From: Octopus vulgaris
Taxonomy: Eukaryota
Direction of reading: 5' to 3'
DNA length: 64,000 nt
Assembly: GCA_951406725.2 (NCBI GenBank)
Contig: OX597814.1
Span: forward strand, 156,798,001 to 156,862,000
A program made the position numbers and the translations under genes. The notes below the pieces were generated by a model that saw only the letters and a program-made list of their open reading frames with translations, searched no databases and was not told where the DNA came from. Positions 1 to 11,498 of the stretch are shown here, one piece after another (within the stretch, counting starts at the first letter, position 1; every line of letters begins with the position of its first letter).

Positions 1-42
1 AGTAAGGCGTATCCGGTGTAGATGGTGAGAACTGGGTATAAT

Positions 43-128
43 GGTATTGGTGGTGGCGGTGAGAACAGTGTTCACCGGTATTGGTGGTGGGGGTGAGAAC
101 AATGTTCATCGGTATTGGTGGTGGGGTT
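43..128. repeat. Short tandem repeat, about 34-bp unit, about 2.5 copies
   Basis: GGTATTGGTGGTGGSGGTGAGAACARTGTTCAYC is repeated immediately upstream of the 248-bp array. Confidence 0.75.
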
Positions 129-150
129 GGGGGGGCGGGCGCACCGCCAC

Positions 151-1960
151 TGGCGGAAAGATGGGAAGAGATGGGATTACGGCTTGAGGCAGCCTAATGG
201 TTAAATTTTGTAGAGAGAGAGATAGGAAAGATAAATCAAGTTATGGCGAAGGCTTGAAAGTAGTCTAAAAAGGTTAAATTTTCGTAACAGTGTATGAATA
301 AACGTAGTAACAACAAATAAAAAGAGTAAGATAAATTTTTAAGAACTTGCTGCGGGCATCGACCAGGAGTTGAAATTGAAGAAGAAAGTAAGTTGAATTG
401 GCGGAAAGATGGGAAGAGATGGGATTACGGCTTGAGGCAGCCTAATGGTTAAATTTTGTAGAGAGAGAGATAGGAAAGATAAATCAAGTTATGGCGAAGG
501 CTTGAAAGTAGTCTAAAAAGGTTAAATTTTCGTAACAGTGTATGAATAAACGTAGTAACAACAAATAAAAAGAGTAAGATAAATTTTTAAGAACTTGCTG
601 CGGGCATCGACCAGGAGTTGAAATTGAAGAAGAAAGTAAGTTGAATTGGCGGAAAGATGGGAAGAGATGGGATTACGGCTTGAGGCAGCCTAATGGTTAA
701 ATTTTGTAGAGAGAGAGATAGGAAAGATAAATCAAGTTATGGCGAAGGCTTGAAAGTAGTCTAAAAAGGTTAAATTTTCGTAACAGTGTATGAATAAACG
801 TAGTAACAACAAATAAAAAGAGTAAGATAAATTTTTAAGAACTTGCTGCGGGCATCGACCAGGAGTTGAAATTGAAGAAGAAAGTAAGTTGAATTGGCGG
901 AAAGATGGGAAGAGATGGGATTACGGCTTGAGGCAGCCTAATGGTTAAATTTTGTAGAGAGAGAGATAGGAAAGATAAATCAAGTTATGGCGAAGGCTTG
1001 AAAGTAGTCTAAAAAGGTTAAATTTTCGTAACAGTGTATGAATAAACGTAGTAACAACAAATAAAAAGAGTAAGATAAATTTTTAAGAACTTGCTGCGGG
1101 CATCGACCAGGAGTTGAAATTGAAGAAGAAAGTAAGTTGAATTGGCGGAAAGATGGGAAGAGATGGGATTACGGCTTGAGGCAGCCTAATGGTTAAATTT
1201 TGTAGAGAGAGAGATAGGAAAGATAAATCAAGTTATGGCGAAGGCTTGAAAGTAGTCTAAAAAGGTTAAATTTTCGTAACAGTGTATGAATAAACGTAGT
1301 AACAACAAATAAAAAGAGTAAGATAAATTTTTAAGAACTTGCTGCGGGCATCGACCAGGAGTTGAAATTGAAGAAGAAAGTAAGTTGAATTGGCGGAAAG
1401 ATGGGAAGAGATGGGATTACGGCTTGAGGCAGCCTAATGGTTAAATTTTGTAGAGAGAGAGATAGGAAAGATAAATCAAGTTATGGCGAAGGCTTGAAAG
1501 TAGTCTAAAAAGGTTAAATTTTCGTAACAGTGTATGAATAAACGTAGTAACAACAAATAAAAAGAGTAAGATAAATTTTTAAGAACTTGCTGCGGGCATC
1601 GACCAGGAGTTGAAATTGAAGAAGAAAGTAAGTTGAATTGGCGGAAAGATGGGAAGAGATGGGATTACGGCTTGAGGCAGCCTAATGGTTAAATTTTGTA
1701 GAGAGAGAGATAGGAAAGATAAATCAAGTTATGGCGAAGGCTTGAAAGTAGTCTAAAAAGGTTAAATTTTCGTAACAGTGTATGAATAAACGTAGTAACA
1801 ACAAATAAAAAGAGTAAGATAAATTTTTAAGAACTTGCTGCGGGCATCGACCAGGAGTTGAAATTGAAGAAGAAAGTAAGTTGAATTGGCGGAAAGATGG
1901 GAAGAGATGGGATTACGGCTTGAGGCAGCCTAATGGTTAAATTTTGTAGAGAGAGAGATA
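151..1960. repeat. Tandem array, 248-bp unit, 7 full copies plus about 74 bp
   Basis: The unit start TGGCGGAAAGATGGGAAGAG recurs at 151, 399, 647, 895, 1143, 1391, 1639 and 1887 (period 248). The copies compared by eye are identical. The array ends in GAGAGAGA(TA)n. Confidence 0.97.
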
Positions 1961-1970
1961 TATATATATA

Positions 1971-2132
1971 TTCAAACTGGACAATGCATACCTCTCACAC
2001 CTACCCTATGTCATTCGGAAAATAAACAATCACATCATCAAATTCTCAACGCTACAAGACAATAGATAACTAGTTAGAAACAATGTGAATAAAAATGCTT
2101 TACACTTGATAATCTGAACACTGAACGGTTAA
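1971..2132. mobile_element. Truncated piggyBac-type (TTAA) MITE, family P1
   Basis: Homologous to the reverse complement of the full copy at 53553-53771. It ends CTGAACACTGAACGG-TTAA and the other end is missing where the tandem array abuts. Confidence 0.7.
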
Positions 2133-2220
2133 AAAATTGAAAATGACCAGAAGTTAGCACTCAATATTAACACTTTGAGCACGTTAATCCAAGTGGCATT
2201 ACCTACAACAGGTAACCAAT

Positions 2221-4218
2221 CGGTTGGTGCTTTTACGTGTTACTGACACGGACGCCAGTCATGCGGCACCAGCATCTGCCACGTTCGGACGGTGCTTTTT
2301 ACGTGTCACCAGCACGGGTATCTTAACTACAATTTCCATTTGATTTTTATTCTGATGTTGGTGTTGACGTACTTGACCTAATAGGTCCCCTCGAGAATAG
2401 CGGGTCACTATACGATCCAAGGTTAGCACAGCAGGCCATCCTGCGAGCCACAAACTAACTTCATTTGTTGGGTCTTCACAGTCACAGCATATCTCCGAGG
2501 TCTCGGTCTTCATCATTTCCTCTGTGAGGCCCTACGTGCCACCCGCACAGGTATCACAACTACAATATCCATACGATTTTTATTTGATGTTTATGAACTT
2601 GACATCCTGCAAGACATGAACTCACTTCATTTTTCGGGTCTTCGAAGTCACAGCATATCTCCAGAGGTCTCAGTCTTTTGTCATAGCCTCTATGAGACTC
2701 AACATACAAAGGTCATGCTTGACTACCTCGTCTCATGTCTTCCTGGGTCTACCTCTACCCCAGAGTCCTTCAACAGTTTGGGAGTGGCACTTCTTCACAA
2801 ATCCCTCCGCATCCATCTGTAGAACATATCCATACCAATGCAAACATCTCTCCTGCATGCTGCATCAGATGCTTCTTATGCCCGACATTTCTCTCAGGGC
2901 ACTTACACTCTGTCGTGCATGGACACTGACATTACACATCCAGCTGATCATGCTAGCTTCATTTCTTTCGAGCCTACGCATGTCCTCCACAGTCACAGCC
3001 CATGTTTCACTGCTATGAAGCATGGCAGTTCGCACACATGTGTCATACAATCTACCTTTCACTCTGAGCGCGAGACCCTTTGTTACCAGTAGGGGAAGAA
3101 GTTTCCTAAACTTTGCCCAGGCTATTCTTATTCTAGTGGTAACACTCTCTGAGCATCCACCCCCGCTAACTTGGTCACCTAGGTAGCAGAAACTATCAAC
3201 TACTTCTAGTTTCTCCCCCAGGAGTGTAATGGAATCTGTTTTCTGAGTAGCAGTGGTGTCTATTGCCCCTGTGCATCTGCCGCACACGAAAGCTATCTTC
3301 TTGGTTAATTATCCTTTGATGTTGATGCACCTCTTATGCGTCCATAGCTTACACTGGGTACATCTTATGGAGTTTCTACCTACACCTTTTCTACAGATCG
3401 AGCAGGGCCACCTACCTGAAGGGGTGTGTGGTGAGTTTGTCTTCCTACTTACTAGAACTTTGGTCTTTGGTACATTGACTCTAAGGCCTTTTGATTCTAA
3501 ACCTACCTTCCACACACAAAATTTCTTCTCTAGTTCCGGTAGTGATTCTGCTACAAGGGCTAGGTAGGTCATCAGCATAGAGGAGCTCCCAGGGGCAACC
3601 CATCTTGAATTCCTCTGTTATTACCTGGAGGACTATGATGAATAGAAGGGGACTGAGGGCTGAGCCTTGGTGGACGCCAACTTCTACCCGAATTTTTCAC
3701 TGTACTCATTGCCAATCCTAACCTTACTAACAGCCTCTCTGTAAAGAGTCTGTACAGCCCTTATTAACTATTTGTCAATCTCCAGTTTCCACATCGCCCA
3801 CCAGATAAGGGATCAGGGGACCCTGTCAAAGGCTTTCTCCATTCCACAAAAGCTAAGTATAGGGGTTTATCTTTGGCAAGGTATTTCTCCTACAGTTGTC
3901 GAACCAGGAATATGGCATCAGTGGTGCTTCTACCTGGCACAAAACTGAACTGCATCTCATCTAAGCAGACTCTCTCCCTGATGAGATGGGATATGACCCT
4001 CTTCGTGACCTTCATTACCTGATCCAGCCGTTTGATACCCCTGTAGTTATTTCTATGTAGAGCATCACCTTTACCCTTTCAGCAGTTGACTATGGTGCTG
4101 CTATACCAGTCATTGGGTATGACTCCATCATGAACTACCTGGTTTACAATGCAGGTGACTAAGCCATAGCCCACACCACTAGATGTTTTAAGCATCTCAG
4201 CAGTGATTCCTGATGGCT
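2221..4218 (-). mobile_element. 5'-truncated RTE-clade non-LTR retrotransposon (ORF2 remnant plus 3' UTR)
   Basis: Minus-strand translation gives PSGITAEMLK, GKGDALHRNNYRGIK, QFSFVPGRSTTDAIF, EKAFDRVP, GVHQGSALSPLLF, LLYADDL (YADD at 3568-3579), VDSFCYLGD and GRGRPRKT. The 3' UTR region 2221-2620 carries GTGCTTTTACGTG motifs and a local duplication. Confidence 0.95.
2620..4218 (-). pseudogene. RTE reverse transcriptase pseudogene with a PHD-like finger; multiple stops and frameshifts
   Basis: ORF-track fragments 3309-3578 and 2865-3287 plus manual translation of 3578-4218. In-frame stops (NC*KGK, QL*EKY) and frameshifts are present. Confidence 0.92.
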
Positions 4219-4402
4219 GATTATATATATATATATATACTCACACACAAATATATACATACACACACATATATACACATAAGAATCAGCTACCAATAGG
4301 TACAGTATATTATTCTTATTAAAGAGGGCATAAGAAGAATATTATCCTTATATATATCCTATATATATCATCCTATATATATATATATATATATATATTA
4401 TT

Positions 4403-4846
4403 TAAACATCCACTTTTCCATGATTGCATTGATTCATCAAAGTTTATTGAAGCAGATTTTCTACAGTCATAAGCCCTTCCTGTCACCAACCCTTACCTGT
4501 TTCCAAGCAAAGTAACATCTTCCCATATCCTCATGGCCAAACATGCTTTCATGGAAACTGGAAATGAATGACATTGCATGTATGACAATGACAATCATTT
4601 TACAACTATCATGTGATTTAAAGACAAGGAGGCAGAAGCACAAACACTCATAAACACACACACATGCTCAAATATATATGATGGACTTGTTTCAATTTCT
4701 GCCAACTAAATCCAGTCAAGCCTTGGTCAGCTCAGGGCTATAATAAAAAAAAAACATCTGCCCAAGGTGTCAAGTAGTGGGACCAAACCCCAAAATCATG
4801 TGGCTGGGAAGCAAACTTCTCAACTACACATCCAAGCCTGCACCTA
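4403..4846 (-). mobile_element. tRNA-derived SINE (family A head, RTE-type tail), degenerate
   Basis: The reverse complement of the GGCTGTGTGGT...CACCTTGGGCA head lies at 4700-4846 and of the CATGGAAAAGTGGATGTT tail at 4403-4430. Confidence 0.75.
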
Positions 4847-4991
4847 TCATCATCATCATCATCATCATTTAATATCCGTTTTACATGCTGGCATGGGGGT
4901 TGGATGGTTGGAAAGTGAGAAGGCTTCACATCTGATCTGGCAAAGTTTCAACAAATGGATGCCCTTCCTAATGCCATATATATATACATAC

Positions 4992-5025
<34 letters not shown>

Positions 5026-5031
5026 ATATAT

Positions 5032-5317
5032 AATTTAAAGAAACCAGTAAATGGAGAACTATTGATGAACAACAATTGACTTACATCAATTATTATTTAT
5101 TAATTCAATACAAATAGAGTGCATCCCATCTAACAGCTGTTTCTGCTTACAATGTTGTAGAGTATTGTCACTGATATGATAAAAATATTTATCATAAAAC
5201 ATTGGAAGCAGAAACAGCTGTTAGATGGGATGTAGTCTATTTATATTGAATTAAATAAATAATAATTGAAATCAATTGTTGTTCATCAGTATTTCTCCAT
5301 TTTCTGTTTGTTAAATT
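5032..5317. repeat. Long imperfect inverted repeat (arms about 125 bp, spacer about 41 bp); probable Penelope-type terminal remnant
   Basis: 5032-5156 pairs with 5198-5317. There is a perfect 27-bp core, CATCCCATCTAACAGCTGTTTCTGCTT / AAGCAGAAACAGCTGTTAGATGGGATG. Confidence 0.85.
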
Positions 5318-5478
5318 TTGATTCTTGGTAAACTCATGTTTATCCTTGTCTTTGCCTATAATTTATGAGCATAATATGTTTGTATGTATGTATGCACATG
5401 GTTAAACATAGGTAATATATCGGTAGTGTAATGGATACTTCTATCCCTTAGAGGGTTATTTTAACCTCTAACTCAGGT

Positions 5479-5515
<37 letters not shown>

Positions 5516-5529
5516 TATAAAGACAGTAC

Positions 5530-5955
5530 CATATGAGTGTGATCGTTGCCAGAGCAACAAACTGGCCTCCGTGCCGGTGGCATGTAAAATGCACCATTCG
5601 AGCGTGATCATTACCTGCAACACCTTACTGGCACTTGTGCTGGTGGCACATGCAAAAAACATTCAAGCGAGGTCATTGCCAGTGCTGCTGGACTGGCTCC
5701 TGTGCAGGTGGCACATAAAAAGCACCATTTGAGCATGCCCATTGCCAGTACCGCTTGACTGGCCCTATTGCCAGTGGCACGTAAAAGCACCCACTACACT
5801 CTCGGAGTGGTTGGCGTTAAGAAGGGCATCAAGCTGTAGAAACTCTGCTAGATCAGATTGGAGTCTGGTGCAGCCATCTAGTTCACCAGATCTCAGTCAA
5901 ATTGTCCAACCCATGCTAGCATGGAAAGCAGACGTTAAACAATGATGATGATGAT
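5530..5955 (+). mobile_element. RTE 3'-UTR-related short element (family C) with internal GTGCCGGTGGCAC subrepeats and a (GAT)n tail
   Basis: About four copies of TGCC(G/A)GTGGCAC(G/A)TAAAA-GCACC, ending CCAACCCATGCTAGCATGGAAAGCAGACGTTAAACAATGATGATG. The same family occurs at 11180-11498 (+), 51227-51460 (-) and 55405-55680 (-). Confidence 0.85.
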
Positions 5956-6009
5956 TATCCCTCTCTCTCTTTTGGAAAGGCACTGAACAGCTATACGCAC
6001 ACATACACA

Positions 6010-6160
6010 CACGGCAGTAACTTCCGCCTACCGAATTCAATCACAAAGCTCCGGTCGGCTCGGAGCTATAGTAGAAGACACCTGCCCAAAGTGCCACGCA
6101 GTGGGACTGAACCCGAAACCATGCAGCTAGGAAGCAAGCTCCCTAACCACACAGCCATGC
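6010..6160 (-). mobile_element. SINE family A head
   Basis: The reverse complement reads GGCATGGCTGTGTGGTTAGGGAGCTTGCTTCC...GGGTTCAGTCCCACTGCGTGGCACTTTGGGCAGGTGTCTTCTACTATAGC. Confidence 0.85.
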
Positions 6161-7047
6161 CATATTTCTCAGATGATGGAATGGCATATACAAGCAGCCG
6201 TTTCATTTTCCACACGTACACAACCACATTTTGTGTTTTTACATAAAATATCCATAATATTTTCTTTGCAACTCCATACAATATTTTCAAATATGTGTTA
6301 AACTGTGTAATCTGAATGCCAGTAAAACACAAATATTTATTCAAAGATAGATTTTTTTTTTTGAAAATATATATTTCATATTATGTATATTTAATATATC
6401 CAAAGATAGTTTGAATAAGAAAATATCAAGAGCTAGTAAGTTCTTAGAGGTGTCATCATATCTTAGAAAATCTCTGTTCCTTCATGATTAAGATCACTTT
6501 CTTGATTACATTCAATATATTTGGCACTGTTTATCGAAGAATCTGCTGCTATTGGCATTTCTCATAAAGTGGAAGAAATTGAAAGAATATTACATATTCA
6601 TCTGCTGTTTGATGAAAATGCAAGTGATGGGTAGGATGCAGCATCAAAAGATCTACAACAGTAACAAGTTCACGCATGAGTAGTGATGCTAGTGATTTCA
6701 TGCAACAGTAGGTATGATCACTACATTATTCACATTTGAGCACAAACACATATAAAGGAAGGTTACATTAGATAATGTAGTGGTGGATGCACCATGACTG
6801 AATATAGCAATAGGATGGTTACTGTGGGAATGCCACTGATAATAGGTCTGCTTGATCAGGACTGATCTGGGGGTAAGCAACCACATTTCATAATGTAGGT
6901 AACAGAAACTATTAATTATGTCTAGTAAACTAGCAGAGCAATTCATGGAGTTCATTACGTAACTCCTCCTGCAACAAATGCTACCACTGTGCCAATATCA
7001 GATCGGAAATCTTGATTCACTATTAGTTTAATATAGCATTGCTTAAG

Positions 7048-7517
7048 GCATGGCTATGTGGTAAGAAATTTGCTCCCTAACCACATTGTTTTGGGTACAG
7101 TCCCATTGGGTGGCACAGTCCCATTGGGTGGCACAGTCCCATTGGGTACAGTCCCATTGGGCCAGTATCTTCTATAGCTCCAGGCCAACTAAAGCCTTAT
7201 GAATGGATTTGGTAGACAGAAACTGAAAGGCAAACTAGCAGAAACATTAGCATGCTGGGCAAAATGCCTAGCGGTATTTCGTCTGCCATTACGTTCTGAG
7301 TTCAAATTCCGCCGAGGTTGACTTTGTCTTCCATCCTTTTGGGGTCGAGAAATTAAGTACCAGTCATGCACTGGAGTCGATGTAATTAACTTAATCCATT
7401 TGTCTGTACTTGTTTGTCCCCTCTAAGTTTAGCCCATTGTGGGCAACAAAGAAAAAGAAACTGAAAGAAGACTGTCATATACATTATATAGAACTAATAA
7501 GCACATACATATAACTC

Positions 7518-7555
<38 letters not shown>

Positions 7556-8022
7556 TGTGCAAATGCTTTACTGTTTCCTTGCTTTGCCTTCGTATGATAG
7601 TTGTAAAGCAAATATCACCATTATGCAAGTGATGTCTTCATTTCCAATCTTGCAAAACATATTTGGTCATGGGGAATATTACCTTACTTGGAAACAGGTG
7701 AGAGTTGATGGCAAAGAAGGAGATCTAGCTGTAGAAAATCTATTTCAACAAATTCCATCTGACCCATTAATCCTTTCGTTACTGTATTTATTTTGAGATG
7801 CTCTGTGTTTCTTCCAATTACTTTAAATATAACAAAGAATTTAGTAAAATAACTTAGTTACCATTAAGCTAGTGTTAGGAACATAAATTGTGACTAAGGT
7901 TTGGAAGATTTTAATTCAAAACTTATGAAAACAAGACATTTGTACTCAGAACCAGAGCCGGTTTCAGCCGGGTTGGTAACGAAAGGGTTAACACATGGAA
8001 AAGTGGATGTCAAATGATGATG
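7048..8022 (+). mobile_element. SINE family A copy interrupted by a family B SINE (about 7230-7460) and a TTAA MITE (7771-7987)
   Basis: The family A head starts at 7048 with a fourfold tandem CAGTCCCATTGGG. The family B body contains CTTCCATCCTTTTGGGGTCGAGAAATTAAGTACCAG. The tail CATGGAAAAGTGGATGTC resumes after the MITE. Confidence 0.75.
7771..7987. mobile_element. piggyBac-type MITE, family P2, full length
   Basis: TTAA at 7767-7770 and 7988-7991. Terminal inverted repeats are TCCTTTCGTTAC / GTAACGAAAGGG. Confidence 0.9.
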
Positions 8023-8959
8023 AAGCTACTTGCATCAAGTAAATGACATTGGTTTCTTTCCTACTCCCTATATTTTGAGGTCACTCTCCAGATTGGACCG
8101 GAATTTTATGTTCTCCCTTGTTAGCAAGCACATGAGTCTTACCCATGTTGATCATAGTGTAAGGATGATACATGATAAACATCAGATGTTTGAAGCCATG
8201 GAATAGTGCTAAATGTAAATTTAATTTTAAAATCAGGATTTAAATTCTTTAACGTTTTAGCTCACCATGATCACAAAATTTTGTTTTAATGCGGTAAACT
8301 ATCAAGGTTTCTATCAATGATCAGCTTCTGCATAAGATAGGTAGTGCCTGCCAGACTAAAACTATAAATATGAATTATTAAATATATAAAAATAGATGAT
8401 TTCCAATTCATTAAAACCTTCTAATTAAATGCATGGAATTCAGTGAATAATTCAATAAAGAGCCAATACTTTGATGTTAGACAGACATTATTTCTGCTGC
8501 TTTTCAACTTCTATATATGTGTTACAATCAACCATATTAAACCCATGTTGTGAAAGTTCAGCTCCAGAAGGCATTACATATAGAATCATAGAAGCAGAAT
8601 AATTTCTGATTTTGCTTTGTATCTAATGTGTACATGTGCATTTATATTGCATATTTGTTTACATTTTGTGCATGTGTTTGCCCTTGGTGATTGAGCTCAT
8701 TCTATTCTATGTGTTTGTATAAAAAGTAGTAATGAAAATACAAATGTGTACGTGTATGCTGGCACACATCCATGTGTATGTATGTGCATATTCTTATTGC
8801 TATGTATAGCGATCTCCATCATTTGTTCTTTTCTTTAGGTTTAATTGATATATATTAAAATGGGAAAACCTGATGAAGCATTTTATTTGTCAAATGATTG
8901 TTACTAAAAATATACAAAAAATAATCGCACATGAGGAAGTGAATATTCAACATTTTGGC

Positions 8960-9320
8960 ACCACCAACATGCTGCAACAATTAACTAGCATTCTGCTATC
9001 ACTAACATACCATTATCACTACACTAACATGCTACAACCATTAAGTAATACACTACTATCATAAACATACTACCACCACAAACTAAAATACTATTAATAC
9101 TTAATATGCTATAATTACTAACTAATCATCACTAATACACTACAACTTCTACCATTCTAACACACTGCCACTACAAATGCACAACTACTAACATACTACC
9201 AGCATTAATATATTACAAACAGGTGATACCACTACTAACACACGGCAACCAGCACAACATACTATTATCACTTACATACTATCTGCATCAACTAATACAC
9301 TACAACAGTTAATTAATACT
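8960..9320. repeat. Degenerate ACT/ACC-rich low-complexity repeat; resumes at about 9760-9920
   Basis: Recurrent CTACCACTAACAC-like words, with G almost absent on the + strand. Confidence 0.6.
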
Positions 9321-9321
9321 A

Positions 9322-9755
9322 AAGGTAAAGACTCCCTTTGGGCATGAATGACCATGGAATTGTACCTAGAAAGTTACCCTTCAAGATGCAAATCCAGGTA
9401 AGGTTGTTACGAGGTCGACTTTGCCTTTCATCCTTTCGGGGTCGATAAATTAAGTATCAGTTGCATACTGGGGTCAATCTAATCGACTGGCCTGGGTCAA
9501 TCTAATCGACTGGCCTCCTTCCCCAAAATTCCAGGCCTTGTGCCTAGAGTAGAAAAGACCAGCTGCCCATGCATACCAGACTTTCCACTCCACACCACTA
9601 ATGTTTTGCAAGGGAAAAGCAAAGGCTAATACAGCTTGGCACCAGTTATGTCACAACTAATTTTTACAGCTAAGTGAACTGGGGCAACAGGAAATAAAGA
9701 TCACAACACACAGCCCAGTCTGGGAATTGAACTCACTACCTCATGACTGAGGGCC
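9322..9755 (-). mobile_element. SINE family E copy with a nested family B fragment (about 9410-9556, + strand)
   Basis: The reverse complement matches 30117-30445. It is interrupted by GAGGTCGACTTTGCCTTTCATCCTTTCGGGGTCGATAAATTAAGTA, which contains a 23-bp tandem duplication. Confidence 0.75.
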
Positions 9756-10230
9756 TTCACTAACCAATACTATAGAACTGCTAATTAATATGCTGATCTG
9801 TATAACCGTTCTACCACCTCTGACTAACACACTACAACCACTAATATATATTCTTCACCCACTAGCCTACTGAAGCAGTTTCTCTTGGTATATTCTATAA
9901 CTACTACAATAATCACCAACCATTTGAACTAAGAAGCTGTGGTTCATCACCAGATACAAACACTCTTCCTCTTGTCATCCCTACTATGTCTAACAGTGCC
10001 AACCACCAGGAAATACTTTCTCAATCATTCCTTCTCAGAGCTGCAACCCCATGAAAAATCTTTCCCCTGTTCATATTGTTAACTAACTTCAAATTAGACC
10101 AGACCAAGTAGACATATAATAAGAGGTATTCCACTCATGAACATAAACTGCTTTGATAAAAGGTGGTGCCTAGATAGGGGGAGTGATATGAAAGAGATTT
10201 GGTTGCTATTTCACCAAGCTTAAAAATTGG

Positions 10231-10389
10231 CGGAGGCGTGGCTGTATGATAATAAGCTTGCTTCCCAACCACGTTTCCAGGTTCAGTATTACTGAGTGGC
10301 ACCTCAGGCAAGTGCCTTCTACTCAGAACGACCGAAGCCTTGTGAGTGGATTTGGTGGATAGAAACTGAAAGGAGCCTATCGTGTGTGT

Positions 10390-10454
<65 letters not shown>

Positions 10455-10935
10455 TTACAAAACATAGAAATATGTTACAAAAAGAAAATGGAAACTACAT
10501 GTGGAAATGTAAGGGGAAAGTAAGAAGAAAAATAAGTGAAAATGCACATTGGAAATCAAAAAATAAAGGCTTTTTATGAAAAGTAATGATATATCTATAT
10601 ATATATACATACACACACACACACACACAAATGTACATCCATCCCTATCTTATTTTTCTCTCTCTCTCTCTCTCCACATATATATACACACATATGAGTG
10701 TGTGTGTGTGTGTGTGTGTGCATATGTCTGTGTCTGTTTGTCCTCCACCACCACTTGACAACTGGTGTTGATGTGTATACATCCCTGTAACTTAACAGTT
10801 CAGCAAATGAGCCAACAGGATAAGTACCAGGCTTTAAAAATGTACTAGTGTTGATTAATTTGACTAAAAGCTCTTTAAGGTGGTGCCCCAGCATGACCAC
10901 AGTCTAATGAGTGAAACAAGTAAAAGGCAAAAGAT
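10231..10935 (+). mobile_element. SINE family A with expanded internal microsatellites
   Basis: Head GGCGTGGCTGTATGATAATAAGCTTGCTTCCCAACC, then (TG)n, then tail GGTGCCCCAGCATGACCACAGTCTAATGAGTGAAACAAGTAAAAG. Confidence 0.85.
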
Positions 10936-11179
10936 AACTACACAGCAGTTCTCATTATTGCCTTGTTCCAGGTCAGGTTTTATCCACAGCCATCAACTGA
11001 CAGAAGTACAAGGTGAACTTATATCAATCTCCCCTATTAGGGAGGACTTTGAAAATTTCATCTCCAATCATATAATTCCAATAATATAATTTTAAAAAAA
11101 TACACAATCATCATTTTTATGTCCACCTTTGAAAGCTAGCATGAGTTGGACTGTGAGGTGGTGTTTTTATAGCTACCGC

Positions 11180-11498
11180 CACCCCGACTGGCCTCGTGCC
11201 GGTGGCACGTAAAAAGCACCATACGTTCGTGTCCGCTGCCAGCCTCGCCTGGCCCTCGTGCCGGTGGCACATAAAAAGCACCATCCGTTCGTGGCCGTTT
11301 GCCAGCTCTGTCTGGCACCTGTGCGGGTGGCACATAAAAAGCACCCACTACACTCACGGAGTGGTTGGCGTTAGGAAGGGCATCCAGATTTGACTGGGCC
11401 TGATGAAGTCTTCTGGCTTCACAGACCCCAGTAGAACCGTCCAACCCATGCTAGCATGGAAAACGGACGCTAAACGATGATGATGATGATGATGATGA
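11180..11498 (+). mobile_element. Family C element (RTE 3'-UTR-like), young CpG-rich copy
   Basis: Three GTGCCGGTGGCAC-type subrepeats and the tail AACCCATGCTAGCATGGAAAACGGACGCTAAACGATGATGAT. Confidence 0.85.

Noticed and set aside
151-1960. CRISPR-like array
   Set aside because: The units are contiguous identical 248-mers with no unique spacers, there are no cas genes, and the context is eukaryotic.
8839-8938. Acceptor-like site and possible exon (similar sites near 17881, 21134, 47026 and 60129)
   Set aside because: Donor sites are weak or absent and the 8839 segment has stops in all frames. Such acceptor-like tracts are common by chance in AT-rich DNA.
11117-11444. Recurrent ORFs containing ALPNANHS-SVVGAFYVPP (also at 51275 and 55447)
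   Set aside because: These are antisense translations of the non-coding family C repeat, not a gene family.
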